Translations under genes and position numbers: made by a program
Shown here: one piece after another, positions 29,672 to 39,712 of the stretch
How positions within the stretch are numbered: the stretch's first letter is position 1
Layout of the letters: every line of letters begins with the position of its first letter
Notes under the pieces: model-generated
Database searches by the model: none
Seen by the model: only the letters and a program-made list of their open reading frames with translations
What the model was told of the DNA's origin: nothing
Sequence record: SRR31156797_3966
DNA length: 64,000 bases
Direction: 5' to 3' (one strand)

Positions 29672-31365
29672 TGAGCGAAAAAATTCTACAAGTTAAAAAT
29701 CTCAATGTGAGCTTCCCAACCAGCATGGAGCATTTCCATGCGGTTAAGAATGTGTCATTTGATTTGTACCGGGGTGAGACGCTGTCTGTTATCGGTGAAT
29801 CAGGCTCGGGTAAGTCGGTCACCTCTTCTGCCATTATGCAGCTTCTGGATAAACCTGGACGTATTGATACCGGTGAAATTCTGTATACCACGGAAACAGG
29901 CGACATCTTTGATATTGCGAAGATTGATCCTCGTAGCCGCCAAATGCGCTCAATTCGTTGTTTTAACTTCTCTCTGGTATCACAGGAGCCGATGGCTGCA
30001 TTAAGCCCTGTACATACGGTTGGTGATCAGATTAAAGAAGTACTGTGTCTGGTTGACCCGAGTCTGGGTAAGCAACAAGCGCACGCCAGAGCAGTCGAAC
30101 TGCTTGAGCAAGTTCAAATGCCAGAGCCTGCGAGCCTGATCAATAAGTACTCATTTGAGCTGTCTGGTGGGCAACGTCAACGTGTGGTGATTGCAATGGC
30201 TATTGCGTCGCGTCCAGACGTATTGATTGCTGATGAGCCTACCACGGCGTTGGATGTGACCACTCAGGCGGAAATCTTAGACCTGTTTAAAAAACTGCAG
30301 CAAGAGATTGGTATGGCGATTCTGTTTATCACTCACGATTTAGGTGTTGTGGCTCAGATTTCTGACCGCGTAGTGGTAATGGAAAAAGGTGTTTTGGTGG
30401 AATGTGGTGATGTTCGCCAGATTTTCGAAAGACCAGATCACCCATACACTAAGAAGCTGATGGAAGCGACTCGAGCGCTGGAAAAACCTTCAAAAGTGAA
30501 AGTGCCGTATCAACTGGAAGAGGGCAGCAAGGTTAAGCCTATCTTAGACTTGCAAGCGGTGACGAAAGTCTTCCACAAGCCGGCGAAAATGTTCGAGAAA
30601 AAGAGCACCATGACGGCGGTTGATAATGCCAACTTGACACTTTATCCAGGCGAATCATTGGGTATTGTTGGAGAATCAGGTTCAGGTAAAAGTACGTTAG
30701 GCCGTGCAATTCTTGGTATGTCTCCAGCAACATCAGGCAGCATTCAGTACGTTGACGTGAAAGGCAACGTTGAAATCGAGTTATCAAACTATAAACGTCC
30801 GGTACGCGATCCTCTGTTCGCTGACTTACGCCTGATTTTCCAAGACCCATGGTCATCGTTAAACCCGCGTATGACTGTATTCGATATCATCGAAGAACCT
30901 CTGTTGAAGCTGCGCACTGAGATGAACAAGACGGCTAGGGAGGAGCGCGTTCGTAACATCATGAAATGGGTTGGGTTACCACCACAATTTTCAAGTCGTT
31001 ACCCACATGCGTTCTCTGGTGGTCAGCGTCAGCGCATCGTAATTGCTCGCGCTCTGGTTACTATCCCTAAGGTTGTGATCGCAGATGAAGCAACCGCCGC
31101 GCTGGATGTTTCGTTACGCTCGCAAGTTTTGGATTTGTTGATTGAGTTCCAAAACACCTATGGTACTGCTTTCATCTTGATTACTCACGATATTGCAACG
31201 GTTAAGTACTTCTGTGACCGGGTGCTAGTACTACAACACGGGAAAATCGTCGAGCAAGGCTCAGTGGATAAAGTCATTTATCACCCAGAGCAAGCCTATA
31301 CACGAGAGCTGATATCAGCGGTTCCAGTTGCAGAGCTACCGCCGGAAACTTCCAATGTAGCTTAA
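29671..31365 (+). CDS. ABC transporter ATPase, fused DppD/DppF-like double domain
   Basis: Two Walker A GESGSGKS, two SGGQRQR signatures, DEPTTALD and DEATAALD. Confidence 0.94.
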   Translation: MSEKILQVKNLNVSFPTSMEHFHAVKNVSFDLYRGETLSVIGESGSGKSVTSSAIMQLLDKPGRIDTGEILYTTETGDIFDIAKIDPRSRQMRSIRCFNFSLVSQEPMAALSPVHTVGDQIKEVLCLVDPSLGKQQAHARAVELLEQVQMPEPASLINKYSFELSGGQRQRVVIAMAIASRPDVLIADEPTTALDVTTQAEILDLFKKLQQEIGMAILFITHDLGVVAQISDRVVVMEKGVLVECGDVRQIFERPDHPYTKKLMEATRALEKPSKVKVPYQLEEGSKVKPILDLQAVTKVFHKPAKMFEKKSTMTAVDNANLTLYPGESLGIVGESGSGKSTLGRAILGMSPATSGSIQYVDVKGNVEIELSNYKRPVRDPLFADLRLIFQDPWSSLNPRMTVFDIIEEPLLKLRTEMNKTAREERVRNIMKWVGLPPQFSSRYPHAFSGGQRQRIVIARALVTIPKVVIADEATAALDVSLRSQVLDLLIEFQNTYGTAFILITHDIATVKYFCDRVLVLQHGKIVEQGSVDKVIYHPEQAYTRELISAVPVAELPPETSNVA

Positions 31366-31370
31366 CCCTC

Positions 31371-31403
31371 AAAGCCCTATCGTCATGCTGTCGATAGGGC
31401 TTT
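31371..31403 (+). terminator. Intrinsic terminator of the ABC operon
   Basis: AAAGCCCTATCG-N9-CGATAGGGCTTT. Confidence 0.75.
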
Positions 31404-31468
31404 ATACCCAAGTGACTTTATGAATAAGCAACACTCACACAGAAATGTATTGAGGTTATTTGGGTATA
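31403..31468. repeat. ERIC-like/MITE-like element, 66 bp, internally shortened
   Basis: Imperfect terminal inverted repeats TATACCCAAGTGACTTTA ... TGAGGTTATTTGGGTATA with TA ends. Confidence 0.65.
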
Positions 31469-31485
31469 CATAACGGAGGTGTAGA

Positions 31486-33456
31486 ATGAACATTTGGCAT
31501 CGAATGTCTATCATTAGCAGGTTTTATTTGGTGACGAGTTTTTTGCTGGTTGCAGTAGCCGCGACCGGCGGCATTGCTTACTGGCAGAGCCAAAAGTTAA
31601 CCGACCAACTTGACTATATTGGCAAAAGCTCGATGGAGGAGCTCGGCCGATTATCAATCATCGAAAAAGAGCTGGTGGAACTAGAAACTGACATTGCTCA
31701 TTTTGATAAAGAAACGTGGCGCGAAATCAGCAGTCATGTCCCTGAGCATGTGCATTTTTCAAAAAAAGAAGTACAAGAAATCAATGCACTGCATAGTGAT
31801 TTTGATTTTAAGTGGATAATCCCAGACTCTTTTGACACTGATTTCCAGCAACTGACAGAGATAATGGAAGGTCATGATCAACTGAGCTTGCAGCATCAGA
31901 AACGTGTTCAAAAATACCGTTTGCTATCATTACAGGTTAAGCGCTTTATCTATGTGTTTAGTGCGACTGAAAATGATATGAATAGTGCAATGATGGCAGA
32001 AAACGTGGCTGGTCGTTTGGATTCATTGATCTTTAACACGGACAAAGCTTTGGATTCTGATTCGATTGATGAAGTTAAAGAGCTGCTCGCCAAAAACCAA
32101 TCCATCAAAGCTGAAACCTCTGCTATGGTCGAAAACTTAGCGTCTCGAAGCAAACGAATGACCAAACGCAACATTAATCAGATTGAATCACTACTGTCAC
32201 TGTCGATTGATAATGGTGGCGTGGTAGATATGCATTCCCAACATCTTACCCTGACTTCTGAAGAGAAACGCATCACTTCCACTTTATCTAACTATGTGAG
32301 AAATCAAATTGACGAACTTGAAGCATTTCGTGATGTGATGATTATGGACGCGAAAAACAAGGTGTTTGAGGCAAAAGAGAGTCAAACCCGTTATATGTTG
32401 CAGTTGGCAGTGTTTGTTTTAGCCGCAGGCTTTGTCTCGGTTTGTTTAGTATTAGCGACATCCAATAACATTAAAAATGGCTTGAAAGCACTCAGCTCGG
32501 TGTTGAATGCGATGTCTAATCGCGATCTCACCGAACAAGCGACGTATAGCCGAAGCCAAGAATTGTCTTGGTTGGGTAAGCATGTGGAATCGGTCCGGGA
32601 TCAACAGTGTGATTTGTTGAGCCAACTGAAAGTTTCCGCGCACAAGCTTAATGAAGTGGTTGAGCATAACAGCTCTTTGATGGTTGATACTCAAAACTCA
32701 GTTCAAGAGAACGTTGAGTTAACCGACGATATCTCCGCACTGACACTAGAAATGGAAGGGGTGATTAATCACGTTGCTGAACAGGCGAAAGTCACCACGC
32801 AAAGAATGGAAATTGCGGTAACTGAGTCGCAAAAAGGCTACGAACACATCAAGTTGAACGATGAATGCATCAGTGCGACATCTCAGCTACTGGATAAAGC
32901 GGTTTCAACCATTGATCACTTGGTGAACGACGCTAAATCGATCGAGTCGGCTCTAGCGATGATTGAGGAAATTGCAGACCAAACTAACTTACTGGCACTT
33001 AACGCTGCGATTGAAGCGGCTCGGGCAGGGCAGTATGGACGTGGATTTGCGGTGGTTGCTGATGAAGTTAGGCAACTCGCAACTAACACAACACAGTCTA
33101 CTAGCGGGATACTGTCGAATATCCAATCGCTGCAGAATAGTGTTTCGGAGTCGGTAGAATTGATTCAGCAGTGTAAATCGAGTATCAATGAAGCGACGCG
33201 CAGTTCACAGATATCCTATGACGCAGTGAAAGAAGTGAAAACGTGTATTGATACTGCTGCGGAAATGTCACAAACCATATCGGTTGCGACGGCTCAGCAG
33301 TTGACGACCAGTCATGAGATGGTCGAAAAGTTGAATGCAGTAAAAGACAACGTTCAAAGCAATGCGTCGACAGTACACACTTTGTCGCGGAGCGTTAACC
33401 AGATCAAACAAGTATCGTCGCAACAAGGTGAACTTGTAGAGGGTTATGTGATCTAA
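31486..33456 (+). CDS. Methyl-accepting chemotaxis protein
   Basis: Two TM segments flanking a ~270 aa periplasmic domain, HAMP-like region, [32 protein letters not shown]. Confidence 0.95.
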   Translation: MNIWHRMSIISRFYLVTSFLLVAVAATGGIAYWQSQKLTDQLDYIGKSSMEELGRLSIIEKELVELETDIAHFDKETWREISSHVPEHVHFSKKEVQEINALHSDFDFKWIIPDSFDTDFQQLTEIMEGHDQLSLQHQKRVQKYRLLSLQVKRFIYVFSATENDMNSAMMAENVAGRLDSLIFNTDKALDSDSIDEVKELLAKNQSIKAETSAMVENLASRSKRMTKRNINQIESLLSLSIDNGGVVDMHSQHLTLTSEEKRITSTLSNYVRNQIDELEAFRDVMIMDAKNKVFEAKESQTRYMLQLAVFVLAAGFVSVCLVLATSNNIKNGLKALSSVLNAMSNRDLTEQATYSRSQELSWLGKHVESVRDQQCDLLSQLKVSAHKLNEVVEHNSSLMVDTQNSVQENVELTDDISALTLEMEGVINHVAEQAKVTTQRMEIAVTESQKGYEHIKLNDECISATSQLLDKAVSTIDHLVNDAKSIESALAMIEEIADQTNLLALNAAIEAARAGQYGRGFAVVADEVRQLATNTTQSTSGILSNIQSLQNSVSESVELIQQCKSSINEATRSSQISYDAVKEVKTCIDTAAEMSQTISVATAQQLTTSHEMVEKLNAVKDNVQSNASTVHTLSRSVNQIKQVSSQQGELVEGYVI

Positions 33457-33767
33457 GTCCTAAGGGTTGATGTTGCAAGCTTGGTATGTAATTGCTTGAC
33501 TATGGGCTGTTTTTTGTTGGAAAGGTAATAAAAGTCGCGAATAGTGTTAAATTACCCGATTAATTATCAAAAAAGCTAACTCAACCCTATTTTTTTAAAC
33601 CACATTATTTTAAATTAGTGGGATTACGTATAATAGTTCGGAAATGCGTTTTATTTTTTTTGAATAGCGCTATGGGCGGCGTTGCACGAGCAATCTCTCT
33701 TGCGCCAGCTGTTTACTGGGCTAGAAGAGTGTGTCGATAAAACGATTATTAAAAATAGGTAAGAATA

Positions 33768-34562
33768 ATGGCAGCTGATAAGCAACCCGAATCGGTTTCA
33801 TCCGTATTAAAAACATTCGGTATACTGCAAGCGCTTGCAACACAGAAAGACATCGGTATTAGTGAGTTAGCACAGCGATTAATGATGTCTAAAAGTACAG
33901 TATATCGCTTTTTGCAAACAATGAAGTCCCTAGGTTTCGTCTCTCAAGAAGGTGAAACTGAAAACTACTCACTAACATTAAAGTTGTTTGAGTTAGGTTC
34001 TGCAGCACTTGAATACGTTGACTTGGTAGAGTTAGCGAACGGTGAAATGCGCAGAATCTCTGATTTGACGATGGAAGCACTTCACTTAGGTGCTTTAGAT
34101 GGTGATAGCATCATCTATGTTCACAAGCTGGATTCTAAATACAACCTGCGTATGCAATCACGCATTGGTCGTCGTAACCCTCTTTATTCGACAGCTATCG
34201 GTAAAGTTTTACTCTGTGTTCGTCCAGAGCAAGAAGTTCGCGATATTCTTGCGGATGTAGAGTTTGTGATGAGCACTGAGCGTACTCACAAAGATGTTGA
34301 CTCTTTACTGACTGAACTAGAGGTCGTGAAAGAGCAAGGTTACGCGGAAGACGTAGAAGAGCAAGAAATTGGTCTAAGATGTATTGCTGTGCCAGTTTAT
34401 GATCGTTTCCATCAGGTGATTGCTGGTTTAAGTATCTCTCTTCCTACCATTCGTTTCACAGAAGAGAAAAAACAGGAATACATTGGTGAGCTGCACGCTG
34501 CTGCTCGTCGTATTTCGGAAAAGCTAGGCTGTTCAGATTACCCATACGGTAATGAAGAATAA
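33768..34562 (+). CDS. kdgR: IclR-family repressor KdgR
   Basis: N-terminus DKQPESVSSVLK.FGILQAL, MSKSTVYRFLQTMK, SRIGRRNPLYSTAIGK typical of KdgR; pectin context. Confidence 0.95.
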   Translation: MAADKQPESVSSVLKTFGILQALATQKDIGISELAQRLMMSKSTVYRFLQTMKSLGFVSQEGETENYSLTLKLFELGSAALEYVDLVELANGEMRRISDLTMEALHLGALDGDSIIYVHKLDSKYNLRMQSRIGRRNPLYSTAIGKVLLCVRPEQEVRDILADVEFVMSTERTHKDVDSLLTELEVVKEQGYAEDVEEQEIGLRCIAVPVYDRFHQVIAGLSISLPTIRFTEEKKQEYIGELHAAARRISEKLGCSDYPYGNEE

Positions 34563-34587
34563 CTGCTTCGTTTAAGAAATCGTTTTG

Positions 34588-34623
34588 AAAACCGCATGAG
34601 AGGAAACTTTTATGCGGTTTTTT
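34588..34623 (+). terminator. kdgR terminator
   Basis: AAAACCGCATGAGAG-GAAA-CTTTTATGCGGTTTTTT. Confidence 0.8.
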
Positions 34624-34744
34624 ATGTTTTGAATGTACAGTAATTGTAAAAAGCTTGGACAGAAACTCACCTTGCATTGACATTTTTAACATGATGATTT
34701 GGCACTCTACTCATATTAGTGAGTGATGAGTTTAAGGAATACCC

Positions 34745-35092
34745 ATGGAGTTTTGCCAAGAAGATCGCAAAGCCTTGTACGATGTGTGGATGTCTCAAAA
34801 GGCGAAAATGCACCTTACCCAAATGGAAATAACCAAAAGGTTAGGCGTTAGCCAAGTGGAGTTTTCAAATATTATGCGCGGCACTGAGCCTCTTTCTATG
34901 GCTTTTATTGCTAAATTTTGCAAGCACCTCCACGTAGAGCCGCAAAATGTGTTACCCACATTGAAATATCAAGCTGGGAGAGGGGAGAGTGTCGTGTACT
35001 TGCAGAACAGGGTAAGTGTTGATGGAGAGATCCAAAAGGTTCATGTTGAAGGGAATCAGGTGATCATCGAATACGTTCACGTTGCCAATTAA
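34745..35092 (+). CDS. Small Cro/CI (XRE)-like HTH protein
   Basis: 115 aa; LTQMEITKRLGVSQVEFSNIMRG HTH; AAGGA SD. Confidence 0.75.
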   Translation: MEFCQEDRKALYDVWMSQKAKMHLTQMEITKRLGVSQVEFSNIMRGTEPLSMAFIAKFCKHLHVEPQNVLPTLKYQAGRGESVVYLQNRVSVDGEIQKVHVEGNQVIIEYVHVAN

Positions 35093-35107
35093 TCGTGACC
35101 CAGAAAT

Positions 35108-35141
35108 AAAAAACCGAGGCTTTATTTTGCCTCGGTTTTTT
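35108..35141. terminator. Bidirectional intrinsic terminator
   Basis: AAAAAACCGAGGC-N8-GCCTCGGTTTTTT. Confidence 0.88.
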
Positions 35142-35159
35142 GTTTTACGCTGCAGCGAA

Positions 35160-36326
35160 TTACGCTTTAAACTCTGCAGGTAGTTCCGCGATGTAAACCG
35201 CAGGAACGCCTTCAAAATCACTGGTAAATAGAACACCGTCATCACCTGGAGTGAATGATGGGTGTGGGTGAGTGATTTGACGGTCGCCGTCTAGCACATC
35301 CCAAGACGTACTGTGTTTGCAAAGCTTAGTTGCTGTTTTCGCTTTAGTGTTAAGTACGTATAGGAACGGGTCGTTCTCAATGTCGTAGCTTTCCGCGTCT
35401 GCAACATCTACAGGAGCATCACAGCCATCACCCACCATTAGAGAACCGTCGAAGTTACTCATTAGGTGTGAACATGGTGGCATTACCATCACTTCTTCGT
35501 TTTCTAGAGTTTCAGGGTTCGCTTTGTAGATTACGCGATCCGATTGACCTTTGAAGTAAGAAACGTAAGCCATTGCGCTACCGTCTGGGATCCAGAATTC
35601 GTGAGTGCAAGATTCGCCTTCCGCGTGCTCTTTGATCTTACGAACGTTGCTGCCATCTTCGTTAACTAGCCACATACGTGCATCAACAAGATCGTGTGGA
35701 CCTTCATGACAGAAGCCAACGGTTGAATCGTCGAATGGACGGTAGATTGGGTGACCTAGCCAAGCTTTATCTTGGTGAACAACTTCTAGTTCGCCAGTTG
35801 CGATATCCACTTTGATTAGACGACACGTTGGGTTTGTGTGGTAGAACTCAGCGAATTTTTCCCAAGAAGTCAGTGGAGCCCAGTCCGCTTTTAGGATTTC
35901 GATACCAACAAGTTTAGTACAGTCAGAGTTTGCAACCCATGTACCGTAACCTTTCCACTCTGGATCGACAGTGTAAACAACGCGCTCTTCTAGAGTTTCT
36001 AGGTCAACCTGCATTAGGTTTAGCTCGTTTTTCACGTAGAAGAATGACTTGTCATCAGTAGAGATGAAACCACCAAACGTGTTGTCACCAGCACCTTCAG
36101 TCAGCTGAGTTGCTTTCTGAGTTTTCAGATCAACCAAGTAGTAGTTACGTGTACCGTCAAAGTCACCCGCTAGAAGTAATTTTTCACCGTTGTTAGTGAA
36201 ACACTTCTGGTAAAAGTAGTTACGATGACAGATTACGTCTTTAGGTGTGATACGAGTCACTTTTACGTTAGTGTCGCTATCTGTAAAAGTTTCAAATTTA
36301 AGGTTTAGGATGTCACCTTTTGCCAC
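35160..36326 (-). CDS. ogl: Oligogalacturonate lyase (PL22)
   Basis: MAKG..., CHRNYFYQKCF, GDNTFGGF, FCHEGPHDLVDARMW, THEFW, THPHPSFTP; GTG start after AGGAG. Confidence 0.96.
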   Translation of the reverse strand: MAKGDILNLKFETFTDSDTNVKVTRITPKDVICHRNYFYQKCFTNNGEKLLLAGDFDGTRNYYLVDLKTQKATQLTEGAGDNTFGGFISTDDKSFFYVKNELNLMQVDLETLEERVVYTVDPEWKGYGTWVANSDCTKLVGIEILKADWAPLTSWEKFAEFYHTNPTCRLIKVDIATGELEVVHQDKAWLGHPIYRPFDDSTVGFCHEGPHDLVDARMWLVNEDGSNVRKIKEHAEGESCTHEFWIPDGSAMAYVSYFKGQSDRVIYKANPETLENEEVMVMPPCSHLMSNFDGSLMVGDGCDAPVDVADAESYDIENDPFLYVLNTKAKTATKLCKHSTSWDVLDGDRQITHPHPSFTPGDDGVLFTSDFEGVPAVYIAELPAEFKA

Positions 36327-36347
36327 GATAAATCTCCTAATAAAAAT

Positions 36348-36370
36348 GTAGGCAGCGTTATGCTGCCTAC
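36348..36370 (-). terminator. Terminator-like hairpin between the SSS gene and ogl
   Basis: GTAGGCAGC-N5-GCTGCCTAC followed on the - strand by ATTTTTA. Confidence 0.55.
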
Positions 36371-36381
36371 TTTAAAAATCA

Positions 36382-38145
36382 TTAGCGAACTGAAATAGTT
36401 TCGTTCAACTCGTCAATTTTTGCACTTCTCTTCAGACCGTAACCAACAGCAAAGACTACTGCCGCACAGCCCAAGAATACTAGGCGGCCCCATAGTGGGT
36501 TTGGAATCAGTACCATCGTTGTAAGACCTGCAGCCATGTAAATTACTAGTGTACCTAGTTTAGCGCGTTGCATACGGTCAACAATATCCTGACCTTCTTC
36601 TTCAACACATTCAGTATCAACGTCTTTGAAGAACTCAAGCGTTGCTGCTTTGTTGATGTCTTTCTCTTCTTTGTAGAATAGAGTGGTTAGACAGAAGAAA
36701 CCAGCGGTTAGGAATAAGTGAGCAGCGATTGTGATCATCGTCTTCAATTCGCCAGTTTCACGACCTGTTAGCTCTTCAATACCGAACCAACCAGCAACGT
36801 AGCTTGGAGTGAATACGTTCACCACTAACCAAGATACAAACATACCGAATACAACCGTTGCCCAAGGTGCCCACTTAGGCGTCTTACGGATAAGAATACC
36901 CAGGAACAGTGGAACTAGGATTGGAGACTGAAGTAGAGTCGCAACTTGCATCATTAGATCGAATAGGCTTAGGTGCTTCAGTGAGCTGAAGAATTGAGCC
37001 ATTAGGATAACTAGGATGCCGTTGATCGTACATGCGATTTGACCTGCACGTAGTAGCTCTTTATCTGTCGCTTTACCCTTACGTACGATGTTTGAGTAGA
37101 AGCTGCGTACGAAGATGCCTGAGTTACGGTTTAGTGCTGAGTCCATTGAAGACATGGTTGCTGCAAACAGACCGGCCATTAGTAGACCAACAGTACCGAC
37201 AGGCATTGTTTCACGAGCAAACACAAGGTAAACCGCGTCACGAGCTTTAGCGCCTAGCGCTGGGTAAGCTGCTGCTGCATCAGGGTACAGAATTGCTGAA
37301 GCCCATGGTGGGATGAACCAAATGATTGCACCAAACACCATCATCACAAGCGCCATTAGCGCTGCTTTGCTTGCGTTGTTTGAGTCTTTAGCGTTTAGGA
37401 AACGGTAAGACTCCTGCATGTTGTTGATGCTTTGTAGCTGCTTCACGATGAAGAAGATGAAAGAACCAACAAGTAGTAATGGGTAGTTCATGTCTGGACC
37501 CATTACGAAACCACCAGGGAAGTTGTTGATGATTTCACCAGGACCACCAACGGCCCAAAGAGCAACACCAGCACACGCGATAGAGATAACAGCAACGATC
37601 AAAGTCTGGATAAAGTCAGAGGCCACAACACCCCATGCACCACTCAGTAGAGAGATAACCAGTACAGCTGCACCTGTTACATAAATAGTGGTGTTGATAT
37701 CTGCGTTAAATACTGCTGATGCAAACACACCAAGACCATTCAACCAAACACCAGCGTTGATAACGCTAAGAGGGATGATAACCCAAGTGAAGAATTGCTC
37801 GTTAGTGTCACCAAAACGACGTTTAACCGCTTCAGTTGGTGTATCTACACGCATTTGACGGAAGCGACGTGCGAAGTAGAAGTGAGCGAATACGTATGCA
37901 ACCATGTTACCAACAAACACGGCTAGAATTGCAAAACCATCGTTAAAAGCTTTACCAGCAGCACCAGTAAAGGTCCATGCTGAGAACTGAGTCATGAAGG
38001 CTGTAGCACCAACCATCCACCAGAGCATTTTACCGCCCCCACGGAAGTAGTCACTAGTGCTATTACTAGCCATTTTTTTGAATAACAAGCTGATCGCAAC
38101 CATCAAAGCGAAGTAGCCTGCTATAACAATGTAATCATATTGCAT
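36382..38145 (-). CDS. Sodium:solute symporter, resembles the oligo-uronate symporter ToaA; likely oligogalacturonide uptake
   Basis: STSDYFRGGGKMLWWMVGATAFMTQFSAWTFTGAAG, ATMSSMDS.LNRN; many TM segments; directly upstream of ogl. Confidence 0.88.
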   Translation of the reverse strand: MQYDYIVIAGYFALMVAISLLFKKMASNSTSDYFRGGGKMLWWMVGATAFMTQFSAWTFTGAAGKAFNDGFAILAVFVGNMVAYVFAHFYFARRFRQMRVDTPTEAVKRRFGDTNEQFFTWVIIPLSVINAGVWLNGLGVFASAVFNADINTTIYVTGAAVLVISLLSGAWGVVASDFIQTLIVAVISIACAGVALWAVGGPGEIINNFPGGFVMGPDMNYPLLLVGSFIFFIVKQLQSINNMQESYRFLNAKDSNNASKAALMALVMMVFGAIIWFIPPWASAILYPDAAAAYPALGAKARDAVYLVFARETMPVGTVGLLMAGLFAATMSSMDSALNRNSGIFVRSFYSNIVRKGKATDKELLRAGQIACTINGILVILMAQFFSSLKHLSLFDLMMQVATLLQSPILVPLFLGILIRKTPKWAPWATVVFGMFVSWLVVNVFTPSYVAGWFGIEELTGRETGELKTMITIAAHLFLTAGFFCLTTLFYKEEKDINKAATLEFFKDVDTECVEEEGQDIVDRMQRAKLGTLVIYMAAGLTTMVLIPNPLWGRLVFLGCAAVVFAVGYGLKRSAKIDELNETISVR

Positions 38146-38212
38146 AGCGATATCTCATAAGTTTAACATCAAAAATTTTTTCGGTATTCTCTACCAAAAA
38201 AATGGGAAAGTA

Positions 38213-38228
38213 TGTGATTAAAATCAAA
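38213..38228. promoter_or_regulatory. Putative CRP site upstream of SSS-ogl
   Basis: TGTGA-TTAAAA-TCAAA. Confidence 0.55.
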
Positions 38229-38242
38229 ACGTCGGTTTATTT
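38222..38242. promoter_or_regulatory. Putative KdgR box overlapping the CRP site
   Basis: AATCAAAACGTCGGTTTATTT; 2 mismatches to core. Confidence 0.55.
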
Positions 38243-38592
38243 TTAGTAGATTACCATTTCTAAATAATCTGTGGCAATAAGTTTGCGTCGTTCTTTGTGT
38301 AAGAATGTTCAGGCTGTTTGGTAAATAACTCCTTTGTTAATAATGGGTTGGAGTATATTTATCTAAAAATCAATTATGTAACTTAATTGACCGTGTTTGG
38401 TTAGTAACCATTTCAAGTGCAAATGGATGCTCATGACTTTATACAAAATAATTCTAGACCAATACGGCCTACCAAGGTTGTAGGAAATGGATTAATCGGT
38501 GTGTCGGAAGCGGCTTACCTTGCTTTGGGCGTGCTGGGTTAAACAAGGTAGAGCCGAATTTTTAACAGTTTGTTAAAGCTTTAGGATGGGTA

Positions 38593-39645
38593 TTAGCGAT
38601 TGGCTGGATAGGACTTTGACAGCAAGCAGGGATTCCAACCGTCGAAAATGGAGCTCAGTTCGAGCAGCGATGAAGGCAGTGCTGTTAACTCGAAATGAGG
38701 ATGATTTTGATAGACTTGACCTTGATAGCGGTTTTCATAGGTGTAAAAGCGAGAGTCTTCCGCATAAAAGTGCTGAGTCTGACCATTTCTAGCTTTACCG
38801 TGCATCTTGTCCCAACCGCTAATATGATCTTCCACGTCGCACTCAATATAAATACAGTGGCCAATCGCATCCGGATTGGCATAAGCGCCATCGTCAAATT
38901 GGGTCGTTGGGTGCCAGGGTCTACCTAACTTATAGCTGTTTACTGGCACTCGGCCGTTTTCTTTCACCAGCTGGCACCGATAAAATATCAACCCATAGGG
39001 TTGGTCTATCAGAGTACTTGGCGCAGCTAAGTATCCCCATGGTGAATCGTCGTTAACATCTTCTCGATAGCGGGAAACTAATCGGCAATGGTTGAAAAGC
39101 GCGGTACCACCACCGAAGATGAAATCAACCGTTCCCCAAATATCAACAGATTCAAAATAGCTATTGCCGGCACTAACGTACAAGGTGTCCTGATAACTTT
39201 TGAGGCTGCAATTCTTACATTCAACTCGGTTCCCGTTCTCTCCGACTAAAAAAGCCACGGCTTGAGTTGCGGTGATTTTGGTTTGATCTTGTGAATCTTT
39301 TTTCTGATTGCTAGGGAAATCGAATGTATTTTCGATGGTTAAATTATGCAAAGTAATGTCTTGCGCGTCTGCATTTACCACGTAACTATTGTAAGTAGCC
39401 CAGATTTTACCATCATTGGCTAGCAGGCCATTCGCTGCAGTGAAACAGATCATCGTATCTTGTTTAGATGAACCGACAAGGTGTGTGTTAGGGCGAGTGA
39501 TATGCAGTTTTTCTTCGTAGTGACCACTTTTAATTAAAATCGTGTAGGGTGTTCGGTCATTGGGCGCTAAGTCCAGAGCTTGTTGAATTGTCACAACGTC
39601 ACCCTGACCAGAGGCATCAACGACAATGTTATGTATCGTTTTCAT
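38593..39645 (-). CDS. Pectin methylesterase (CE8), no signal peptide
   Basis: TIQQAL, G.YEE, QAVA, SYQDTLY, GTVDFIFG, LGRPWHPT; in-frame TAA 8 codons upstream excludes an N-terminal extension. Confidence 0.92.
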   Translation of the reverse strand: MKTIHNIVVDASGQGDVVTIQQALDLAPNDRTPYTILIKSGHYEEKLHITRPNTHLVGSSKQDTMICFTAANGLLANDGKIWATYNSYVVNADAQDITLHNLTIENTFDFPSNQKKDSQDQTKITATQAVAFLVGENGNRVECKNCSLKSYQDTLYVSAGNSYFESVDIWGTVDFIFGGGTALFNHCRLVSRYREDVNDDSPWGYLAAPSTLIDQPYGLIFYRCQLVKENGRVPVNSYKLGRPWHPTTQFDDGAYANPDAIGHCIYIECDVEDHISGWDKMHGKARNGQTQHFYAEDSRFYTYENRYQGQVYQNHPHFELTALPSSLLELSSIFDGWNPCLLSKSYPANR

Positions 39646-39712
39646 CTCAGAACCTTGATAAGTTTTTTACAATATTGCCAATAGCTTACACATTTTACTA
39701 GCTGCTGAGATC

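Noticed and set aside
33590-33660. Autoregulatory KdgR box upstream of kdgR
   Set aside because: Only half-site matches (GCGTTTTATTT) in AT-rich DNA.
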